In this document: positions 47,235 to 54,732 of the stretch, in pieces
Layout: each line of letters opens with the position of its first letter
Position numbering within the stretch: position 1 is the first letter of the stretch
NCBI GenBank assembly: GCA_017536475.1
Contig: JAFXHH010000010.1
Location: 3,365-67,364, forward strand
DNA from: Clostridia bacterium
GTDB taxonomy: Bacteria; Bacillota; Clostridia; Oscillospirales; CAG-272
Length of the DNA: 64,000 nucleotides
Direction of reading: 5' to 3'
Translations under genes and position numbers: made by a program
The notes under the pieces: model-generated
Database searches by the model: none
What the model was told of the DNA's origin: nothing
The model's input: the letters and a program-made list of their open reading frames with translations, nothing else

Positions 47235-47263
47235 TTGACAATTTTGTTTGCTTATGATATTAT
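47235..47263 (+). promoter_or_regulatory. pur operon promoter (TTGACA-17-TATTAT)
   Basis: TTGACA at 47235-47240, a 17-nt spacer, TATTAT at 47258-47263. Confidence 0.6.
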
Positions 47264-47295
47264 AATATTGTGATATTATTAAGGAAAAATATGGG

Positions 47296-47367
47296 GATTT
47301 CTGCGACTGACGGAATGAGTGGCATAACCACGGTGAAACAGAAATCTATATTGCCGACCGTCTGGGC
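47296..47367 (+). promoter_or_regulatory. ZTP (pfl motif) riboswitch
   Basis: P1 is GAUUUCUG/CAGAAAUC. The core is CGACUGACGG. P2 is GUGG-CAUAA-CCAC. The 3' module GCCGACCGUCUGGGC has a CCGUC that can pair with GACGG. This compensates the consensus GGCG/CCGCC pseudoknot. It lies upstream of the pur genes. Confidence 0.85.
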
Positions 47368-47411
47368 TCGCTTGTTTCTATGGGGATGAGTGTGCCTTTT
47401 TTGATTTTTTT
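47365..47411 (+). terminator. putative riboswitch-controlled attenuator terminator
   Basis: GGCUCGCUU pairs with GAGUGUGCC (one mismatch, two G-U pairs) and is followed by UUUUUUGAUUUUUUU. The 5' arm overlaps the riboswitch 3' end. Confidence 0.45.
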
Positions 47412-47455
47412 GGAGATTTATTTTTAGATCGATATTTATTCGGAGGTGTGATCTT

Positions 47456-47950
47456 ATGAAAAAAGTTGGTATCGTTATGGGAAGCGCAAGCGATATGCCC
47501 GTTGTTAAGAAGGCTATCGATACGCTTGAGGCGTTTGAAGTTCCATACGAGGTGCACGTTTATTCCGCGCACAGAACGCCTGATCAGGCGCGAGATTTTG
47601 CCCGAAACGCGAAGGCTGAAGGCTTTGGCGTTATGATCGCGGCGGCGGGAATGGCAGCTCATCTTGCGGGTGCGGTTGCGGCTAATACGACTCTTCCCGT
47701 TATTGGAATTCCATGCAAGTCAACCAATCTCGACGGACTTGACGCACTGCTTGCTACGGTTCAGATGCCCTCGGGAATTCCCGTTGCTACGGTTGCTGTT
47801 GACGGAGCGACCAATGCGGCTTTACTTGCAGTACAGATACTTGCTCTTTCAGATGACACTCTTGCACAAAGATTGATTGCAAAAAGAGAGGCAGATGCGA
47901 AGGCGGTCCTTGAGAACGATGCGCGTATAGCTGCGGAATACAACAAATAA
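47456..47950 (+). CDS. purE: 5-(carboxyamino)imidazole ribonucleotide mutase / AIR carboxylase PurE
   Basis: Contains VGIVMGSASDMPVV...SAHRTP and the GMAAHLAG motif. No purK is adjacent. Confidence 0.93.
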   Translation: MKKVGIVMGSASDMPVVKKAIDTLEAFEVPYEVHVYSAHRTPDQARDFARNAKAEGFGVMIAAAGMAAHLAGAVAANTTLPVIGIPCKSTNLDGLDALLATVQMPSGIPVATVAVDGATNAALLAVQILALSDDTLAQRLIAKREADAKAVLENDARIAAEYNK

Positions 47951-47979
47951 TCGTATTTTTTAAGGAGATATGTCTATAT

Positions 47980-49404
47980 ATGGGAGGATTTTTTGGAATA
48001 GCCTCAAGGCGCGAATGCTTGAGTGACGTTTTCTTTGGAACCGACTATCATTCGCATCTTGGAACAAGACGCGGCGGTCTTGCCGCCTATGATAAGGAGA
48101 TTGGATTACAAAGAGAGATACATAATATATCCAACGCTCCGTTCAGAACGAAATTCGAACGCATTTTAGAGGAAATGAGTGGTACCAGCGCGATAGGATC
48201 GATCAGCGACAGCGACCCTCAGCCGCTTCTCATCAGCTCAAAGCTTGGCACGTACGCTATCTCTACTATTGGTATAGTAAACAACGTCGATAACTTGTTG
48301 CAAGAATATTTTTCACATACCACGGGACATTTTAACGCTATGACGGGCGGGCAGATAAACTCTACCGAGCTCGTAGCGGCACTTATAAATCAAAAGGACA
48401 GCTTTGCTGAGGGAATCAAGTTCGCCAACGAGGTCGTAGAAGGAACGGTTTCTCTTCTGATCCTTAAGGACGGGGGAAACATTATTGCCGCAAGGGACAA
48501 GTTTGGCAGACTTCCCGTGCTCATCGGAAAGGACGAATACGGATACGCAGTCGCGTTCGAGTCCTTTGCTTATCAGAAGCTTGGGTATGAAGACGAGCGA
48601 GAGCTTGGCCCCGGCGAGATCGTTGAGATAACACCCGATGGAATAGAGCAGCTTTCTCCTCCACAAAAAAAGATGAAGGTGTGCGCTTTCCTTTGGTCGT
48701 ATTACGGCTATCCTACTGCGACCTACGAGGGAGTAAACGTTGAAGCAATGCGATACCGCAACGGACAGATAATGGCAAGATCTGATCTTGAGGCTGGTCT
48801 TTGCGACGGTATCGATTACATCAGCGGCGTGCCCGATTCGGGAACGCCCCACGCGATCGGATATTCTAATGCGAGCTGCTTGCCGTTCTCTCGCCCCTTT
48901 ATAAAATATACGCCTACCTGGCCGCGAAGCTTTATGCCTCCGAGTCAGGCTGACAGAAAAAAGGTTGCGAAGATGAAACTGGTGCCTGTACACGATCTTA
49001 TTCAGGACAAAAATCTGCTTTTCGTGGACGACTCGATAGTTCGAGGAACACAGCTTCGCGAGACAGTTGAATTTTTGTATGAAAACGGTGCGAAGTCGGT
49101 GCACATGCGATCGGCTTGCCCGCCTATCATGTACAGTTGTAAGTATTTGAATTTCTCCAGAGCGACCAGCCCTATGGAGCTTATCGCGAGAAAGACCATT
49201 ATGGAGCTTGAGGGCGAGGAGGGATTTAAATATATTGAAGAATACAGCGATGCCAACACCGAGCGCGGCAAAAATCTGCGCCGAAAGATATGTGAGAAGC
49301 TTCACTTGGCATCTCTCGAGTTCCAGTCTATCGAGGGCATAATCAAAGCCATCGGACTCCCCGAGGACCAGCTTTGCACGTACTGCTGGACGGGAAAAGA
49401 ATAA
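47980..49404 (+). CDS. purF: amidophosphoribosyltransferase homologue lacking the N-terminal Cys nucleophile
   Basis: PRTase motif LLFVDDSIVRGTQ and an Ntn-like N-domain, but the N-terminus is MGGFFGI rather than MCG[IV]xGI. Confidence 0.8.
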   Translation: MGGFFGIASRRECLSDVFFGTDYHSHLGTRRGGLAAYDKEIGLQREIHNISNAPFRTKFERILEEMSGTSAIGSISDSDPQPLLISSKLGTYAISTIGIVNNVDNLLQEYFSHTTGHFNAMTGGQINSTELVAALINQKDSFAEGIKFANEVVEGTVSLLILKDGGNIIAARDKFGRLPVLIGKDEYGYAVAFESFAYQKLGYEDERELGPGEIVEITPDGIEQLSPPQKKMKVCAFLWSYYGYPTATYEGVNVEAMRYRNGQIMARSDLEAGLCDGIDYISGVPDSGTPHAIGYSNASCLPFSRPFIKYTPTWPRSFMPPSQADRKKVAKMKLVPVHDLIQDKNLLFVDDSIVRGTQLRETVEFLYENGAKSVHMRSACPPIMYSCKYLNFSRATSPMELIARKTIMELEGEEGFKYIEEYSDANTERGKNLRRKICEKLHLASLEFQSIEGIIKAIGLPEDQLCTYCWTGKE

Positions 49405-49442
49405 TTGCATTATGATGAGCATTACGAAAGGTAAGGTTTTTT

Positions 49443-50486
49443 ATGAATAATTCAAGATCTGAGAGCTACGCTGCGGCGGGCGTTGATATTACTGCAGGTT
49501 ATAAGGCCGTTGAATTGATGAAAAAGCACATCGCTCGTACCAAAAACGAGGGTTGCCTCGACGACGTTGGAGGATTTGGAGGCTGCTTCGGTCTTCCTTT
49601 GGGCTTGGAGGAGCCTGTGCTCGTTTCGGGCACTGACGGTTGCGGAACCAAGGTGAAAATGGCTATTTTGATGGACAAGCACGATACTATCGGTATCGAT
49701 GCGGTGGCTATGTGCGTTAACGACATCATCTGCTGCGGAGCAAAGCCTTTGTTCTTCCTTGATTACATTGCTTGCGGAAAGAATATTCCCGAGAAGATCG
49801 CCGCTATCGTTGGCGGTGTTGCCGAAGGTTGCGTTCAGTCGGGCGCGGCACTTATCGGTGGAGAAACTGCAGAGCATCCCGGTATGATGCCCGCGGAAGA
49901 ATACGACCTTGCCGGATTTGCGGTTGGTATCGTTGACAAGAAAAAGATACTTGACAACACGAGAATGGCGGAGGGTGACGTGGTCATCGCTCTTGCTTCA
50001 ACCGGAGTTCATTCCAATGGATTCTCGCTTTGCAGAAAGGTGTTTGATATAGACAAGAATCCCGATTCTCTTTACGTTCCTTGCGAAAAGCTTGGCGGAA
50101 AGAGCATCGCCGAGACGCTCTTGACTCCTACAAAGATCTACGTCAAGAGTATTCTTGCTCTTCTTGAGCAGGTAGACGTCAAGGGTATTTCTCATATCAC
50201 AGGCGGTGGATTCTATGAGAATATTCCGAGATCTATTCCAAAGGGACTTACCGCGAAGATCGACAAGAGCGCTGTCAAAGTGCTTCCCATATTCGATCTT
50301 ATCGCAGAGGTTGGAAATATTCCTGAGAGAGATATGTACAATACCTACAATATGGGCGTTGGTATGAGCGTTGTCGTTCCCGCGACTGAGGTAGATAAGG
50401 CGCTTGAAATTCTCCGTGCAAACGGTGAAACTGCGTACGTTATCGGTGAGATCGTCAAGGGTGACGAGGGAGTTATACTCTGCTGA
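49443..50486 (+). CDS. purM: phosphoribosylformylglycinamidine cyclo-ligase (AIR synthetase)
   Basis: Starts SYAAAGVDI, with DGCGTK and GGETAEHPG motifs. Confidence 0.95.
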   Translation: MNNSRSESYAAAGVDITAGYKAVELMKKHIARTKNEGCLDDVGGFGGCFGLPLGLEEPVLVSGTDGCGTKVKMAILMDKHDTIGIDAVAMCVNDIICCGAKPLFFLDYIACGKNIPEKIAAIVGGVAEGCVQSGAALIGGETAEHPGMMPAEEYDLAGFAVGIVDKKKILDNTRMAEGDVVIALASTGVHSNGFSLCRKVFDIDKNPDSLYVPCEKLGGKSIAETLLTPTKIYVKSILALLEQVDVKGISHITGGGFYENIPRSIPKGLTAKIDKSAVKVLPIFDLIAEVGNIPERDMYNTYNMGVGMSVVVPATEVDKALEILRANGETAYVIGEIVKGDEGVILC

Positions 50487-50487
50487 T

Positions 50488-51108
50488 ATGGGAAATAGAG
50501 CAAGAATTGCGGTGCTGGTGTCGGGAGGCGGAACTAATCTTCAAGCACTTATCGATGCACAGCACAGTGGAATAATCAATAGCGGAGAGATAGTTTTAGT
50601 AATCTCCAGTCAGCCTACGGCTTTTGCTCTTGAAAGAGCTAGGAAGGCAGGTATTGACAGCGCGGTGGCATATAAGAAGGAACTTGGAAGTCATGAGGCG
50701 TTTGAGGCGAAAATACGCAGTTTGATTGACGAATACAAGATCGATCTTATAGTCCTTGCAGGCTTTATGTCTATCTTGTCAGAGGATTTCACCAAGGCTT
50801 ATCCCAAGAGAATACTTAACGTACATCCGTCGCTCATTCCTTCCTTCTGCGGCGCAGGGTTTTACGGACTCCGCGTTCACGAAGCGGCGCTTTCGTACGG
50901 CGTAAAGGTAACGGGCGCCACGGTGCATTTTGTAAACGAGATACCCGACGGCGGCGAGATCGTAATGCAAAAAGCGGTTGAGATAAAAGACGGAGATACC
51001 GCAGAGGTTCTCCAAAAAAGAGTAATGGAAGAAGCTGAGTGGAAGATACTTCCGGCGGCGGTTGAAAAGATATCAAAAGAAATAATGGATGCGAAAGGAA
51101 ACAACTGA
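50488..51108 (+). CDS. purN: phosphoribosylglycinamide formyltransferase
   Basis: Contains IAVLVSGGGTNLQALID, NVHPSLIPSF and ATVHFV motifs. The ATG lies 1 nt after the purM stop. Confidence 0.93.
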   Translation: MGNRARIAVLVSGGGTNLQALIDAQHSGIINSGEIVLVISSQPTAFALERARKAGIDSAVAYKKELGSHEAFEAKIRSLIDEYKIDLIVLAGFMSILSEDFTKAYPKRILNVHPSLIPSFCGAGFYGLRVHEAALSYGVKVTGATVHFVNEIPDGGEIVMQKAVEIKDGDTAEVLQKRVMEEAEWKILPAAVEKISKEIMDAKGNN

Positions 51109-51109
51109 T

Positions 51110-51841
51110 ATGGCACTTTTTGATCTTACCAAGCTTTTAAGCGAGAATACTTATCCCGGTCGAGGAATCGTTATCGGTAAATCCGCAGACGGCAAGAGCG
51201 CGCTTATCGCGTACTTTATTATGGGCAGAAGCGTTAATTCGCGCAATCGTATCTTCGAGCGCTTTGAGGGCGGTATGAGAACTAAGGCATTCGATGAATC
51301 CAAGCTTTCCGATCCCCATCTTATAATTTACAATCCTTATCTTTCTGCGCAGAACGGCTCGATCGACATTATAACAAACGGAGATCAGACCGATACAATA
51401 TACGATTACATAAAGGAAAACGGCGAGGACGGCTGTGCCTTTGTCAAGGCATTGCACACCCGCGAGTTTGAGGACGATGCTCCCAACTTTACTCCCCGAA
51501 TTTCCGGAATCCTTCATTACGCTCCGTCTGACACCTTCCATTATCAGATGTCCATATTGAAGAGCGCAAACGGAGATGGCTCGGTATGTAACAGATATTT
51601 TTACAGCTATACTCCCAGAGATGGCTTCGGTCATTTCATTCACACATACAAGTGCGACGGTAATCCTATCCCCTCTTTCTACGGCGAGCCTGAGGAGGTC
51701 GCACTCCCAAATACTGCGGCAGAGCTTGCCGACGTTTGTTGGAATAACCTTAATGATGACAATAAGGTTTCGCTGTTCGTCAGACAGGTTCCTCTTGACG
51801 GCAGTGAGCCCACGGAAATTATAATCAACAAGAATAAATAA
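51110..51841 (+). CDS. IMP cyclohydrolase, PurO-like (stand-alone)
   Basis: N-terminus NTYPGRGIVIGKSADGKSALIAYFIMGRSVNSRNR, as in Clostridial/archaeal-type IMP cyclohydrolases. Sits between purN and the AICARFT gene. Confidence 0.75.
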   Translation: MALFDLTKLLSENTYPGRGIVIGKSADGKSALIAYFIMGRSVNSRNRIFERFEGGMRTKAFDESKLSDPHLIIYNPYLSAQNGSIDIITNGDQTDTIYDYIKENGEDGCAFVKALHTREFEDDAPNFTPRISGILHYAPSDTFHYQMSILKSANGDGSVCNRYFYSYTPRDGFGHFIHTYKCDGNPIPSFYGEPEEVALPNTAAELADVCWNNLNDDNKVSLFVRQVPLDGSEPTEIIINKNK

Positions 51842-51853
51842 GGAGAAACGACG

Positions 51854-53038
51854 ATGAAAGAATTTGAGCTTAAGTACGGTTGTAACCCCAATCAGAAGCC
51901 TTCCAAGATATTTATGCACGACGGAAGTGATCTTCCTATTGAGATCTTGAACGGCAGACCCGGATACATCAATTTCCTTGACGCGTTCAACTCCTGGCAG
52001 CTTGTTAAGGAGCTTAAGGAGGCGTTGGGTCTCCCTGCGGTCACCTCGTTCAAGCACGTCAGCCCCACCAGCGCGGCTGTGGGTCTTCCTCTCTCCGAGA
52101 AGTTGAAGAAGGCTTGCTTCGTTGACGACATTGAGGGTCTTGACGAGTCTCCTTTGGCTTGTGCTTACGCGAGAGCAAGAGGTACTGACAGAATGTGCTC
52201 GTTTGGCGACTGGGTCGCGCTCTCCGACGTTTGTGACGTTACTACCGCGAAGATGATCGCTCGCGAGGTCTCCGACGGCATCATTGCTCCCGGATACGAG
52301 CCCGAGGCGCTTGAGATCCTTAAGGGCAAGAGAAAGGGCGGATATAACATCGTTAAGATCGATCCCGATTTCACTCCCGATCCCGTGGAGAGAAAGCAGG
52401 TCTACGGTATCACGTTCGAGCAGGGAAGAAACAATTACAAGATCAGTGCGGATATTCTTCAGAACGTGGTCACCGCTAACAAGGATATGCCCGAGTCTGC
52501 TATCCGCGATCTCGTAGTTGCGCTTATTACACTCAAATACACGCAGTCCAACTCGGTTTGCTTCGCGGTCGATGGTCAGGCGATCGGTGTTGGCGCAGGT
52601 CAGCAGTCGAGAGTTCATTGCACTCGTCTGGCGGGCGGCAAGGCAGATACATGGTTCTTGCGCCAGAGCGATAAGGTTTTGAATCTGCCCTTCAAGTCTA
52701 CTCTCGGACGTCCCGACAGAGATAACGTTATCGACGGCTACATCAATCAGAACGAAGAGGACGTTTGTGCTGACGGCAACTGGCAGAAGTACTTTACCGA
52801 ACAGCCCGCCCCCTTTACCAAGGAGGAGCAGAGAGCTTATCTCGATACTATCGACGGAGTTGCTCTCGGATCCGACGCGTTCTTCCCCTTCAGTGACAAT
52901 ATTGAGCGCGCAAAGAAGTCCGGTGTTAAGTATATCGCAGAGCCCGGCGGCTCTATCCGTGACGATCTCGTTATCGAGTGCTGCGATAAGTACGGAATGG
53001 CGATGGCGTTTACCGGAATGAGACTTTTCCATCATTAA
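51854..53038 (+). CDS. purH: AICAR formyltransferase (PurH C-terminal-domain-only type)
   Basis: 394 aa starting MKEFELKYGCNPNQKP. No MGS-like IMP cyclohydrolase domain. Confidence 0.85.
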   Translation: MKEFELKYGCNPNQKPSKIFMHDGSDLPIEILNGRPGYINFLDAFNSWQLVKELKEALGLPAVTSFKHVSPTSAAVGLPLSEKLKKACFVDDIEGLDESPLACAYARARGTDRMCSFGDWVALSDVCDVTTAKMIAREVSDGIIAPGYEPEALEILKGKRKGGYNIVKIDPDFTPDPVERKQVYGITFEQGRNNYKISADILQNVVTANKDMPESAIRDLVVALITLKYTQSNSVCFAVDGQAIGVGAGQQSRVHCTRLAGGKADTWFLRQSDKVLNLPFKSTLGRPDRDNVIDGYINQNEEDVCADGNWQKYFTEQPAPFTKEEQRAYLDTIDGVALGSDAFFPFSDNIERAKKSGVKYIAEPGGSIRDDLVIECCDKYGMAMAFTGMRLFHH

Positions 53039-53067
53039 GGGGATGCGGGGGCGCGCGCCTTCGGCGA

Positions 53068-53093
53068 CCTACTTTCTTTGAAAAGAAAGTAGG
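53068..53093. repeat. perfect 12-bp-stem palindrome A
   Basis: CCTACTTTCTTT-GA-AAAGAAAGTAGG, starting 30 nt after the purH stop. Confidence 0.95.
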
Positions 53094-53317
53094 CAAAGAA
53101 ACTTCCCGTATGTGTGGGTCCTTTTAGGGTGTTTGTTTTCAGCAAGCAGAAAACGAGGATTTTTTACTTCGCTTTGCTAGTTAAAAAAATCCCCATCTTA
53201 CGTTTATTGATCGATAGGGTATTGAACCTATCAAATATTATTTGTTGTAAAGCTTTAGTTTTAATTTGTGATTGATTGGTTGGGTTCTATACGGTAGGAG
53301 GATCAATATCTCAGTAG

Positions 53318-53345
53318 GTTGAAATTTCGTGTGCGAAATTTCAAC
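53318..53345. repeat. perfect 12-bp-stem hairpin D, nested in a 10-bp outer inverted repeat (53280-53289 / 53362-53371)
   Basis: GTTGAAATTTCG-TGTG-CGAAATTTCAAC. The outer pair is TTGGGTTCTA / TAGAACCCAA. Confidence 0.95.
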
Positions 53346-53390
53346 GTCAATTCACCTTTGTTAGAACCCAAATATCAGGAAGTTCTTTTG

Positions 53391-53416
53391 GTTACTTTTC
53401 TTTCAAGAAAAGTAAC
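53391..53416. repeat. perfect 12-bp-stem palindrome E
   Basis: GTTACTTTTCTT-TC-AAGAAAAGTAAC, ending 45 nt before the purD start. The arm resembles that of palindrome A. Confidence 0.95.
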
Positions 53417-53461
53417 GAAATCCGTGGCATTCGCTAACTATCTAACTAATGGAGAACATAA

Positions 53462-54730
53462 ATGAAAATAATGGTAGTAGGCGGTGGCGGCAGAGAGCAC
53501 GCCATCATCAAGAAAATAAAAGAGAATAAGGACGTCGAAAGGATATATGCGCTCCCCGGAAACGGCGGTATTGCGGCGGATGCCGAGTGCGTAGACATTG
53601 GCGCGAAGGATATTGAAGCGATCGTGAAATTTGCGGTTGATAACGGCATCGATTACGCCGTTGTTGCGCCTGACGATCCGCTGGTGCTCGGTTGCGTTGA
53701 TGCCCTAGAGGCAAAGGGAGTTGCTTGCTTCGGTCCCCGTGCAAACGCGGCGATAATCGAGGGTAGCAAGGTCTTTTCGAAGAATCTGATGAAGAAATAC
53801 GGCATACCGACGGCGGCTTACGAGGTCTTTGACGATATGGAGGCAGCGCTTGCTTATCTTGAGACTGCTCCGATCCCCACGGTCATCAAGGCTGACGGAC
53901 TTGCGCTTGGAAAGGGAGTTATAATCGCACAGACTCTCGACGAGGCTAAGGCGGCGGTCGTTTCGATGATGCAGGACAAGCAGTTCGGCGCAAGCGGCGA
54001 CCACATTGTTATCGAAGAATTTTTGACGGGTCCCGAGGTATCGGTGCTTGCGTTTACCGACGGTAAGGTCGTGAAGCCGATGATATCGTCGATGGACCAC
54101 AAGAGAGCCGGCGACAACGACACGGGCCTTAATACAGGAGGTATGGGAACTGTTGCGCCCAATCCCTACTACACCGAGGACATTGCAAAGCAGTGTACGG
54201 AGACGATTTTCAAGCCGACGATCGACGCGATGAACGCCGAGGGCAGAACCTTCAAGGGTTGTCTTTATTTTGGTCTTATGCTTACGCCGAACGGTCCGAA
54301 GGTGATCGAATACAACTGCCGCTTCGGCGACCCCGAGACGCAGGTGGTTTTACCTTTGCTTGAAAGTGATCTGCTTACCGTTATGATGGCGACCACGAAA
54401 GGAACGCTTGATGCGACCGAGGTCAAATTCAGCGACAAGCATGCTTGCTGTGTGATCATGGCGTCTGCAGGATATCCCCAATCCTACGAAAAGGGCTTTG
54501 AGATGACTATTCCCACTGATATCGCTCCCGACGTTTACGTTGCGGGTGCGAAGATCTCTGACGGTAAGCTTCTTACCAACGGCGGTCGTGTTCTTGGTGT
54601 CACAAGCATCGACGATACGCTTGAAGGTGCTATCAAGGCATCCTATGAAAAGGTCGAAAAGATACGTTTTGAAAACGCATACTTCAGACACGATATCGGT
54701 CAGCGTGCGCTGGCGGCGAACAAGGAGTAA
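53462..54730 (+). CDS. purD: phosphoribosylamine--glycine ligase
   Basis: Starts MKIMVVGGGGREHAI, with an ATP-grasp region. Confidence 0.96.
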   Translation: MKIMVVGGGGREHAIIKKIKENKDVERIYALPGNGGIAADAECVDIGAKDIEAIVKFAVDNGIDYAVVAPDDPLVLGCVDALEAKGVACFGPRANAAIIEGSKVFSKNLMKKYGIPTAAYEVFDDMEAALAYLETAPIPTVIKADGLALGKGVIIAQTLDEAKAAVVSMMQDKQFGASGDHIVIEEFLTGPEVSVLAFTDGKVVKPMISSMDHKRAGDNDTGLNTGGMGTVAPNPYYTEDIAKQCTETIFKPTIDAMNAEGRTFKGCLYFGLMLTPNGPKVIEYNCRFGDPETQVVLPLLESDLLTVMMATTKGTLDATEVKFSDKHACCVIMASAGYPQSYEKGFEMTIPTDIAPDVYVAGAKISDGKLLTNGGRVLGVTSIDDTLEGAIKASYEKVEKIRFENAYFRHDIGQRALAANKE

Positions 54731-54732
54731 TT

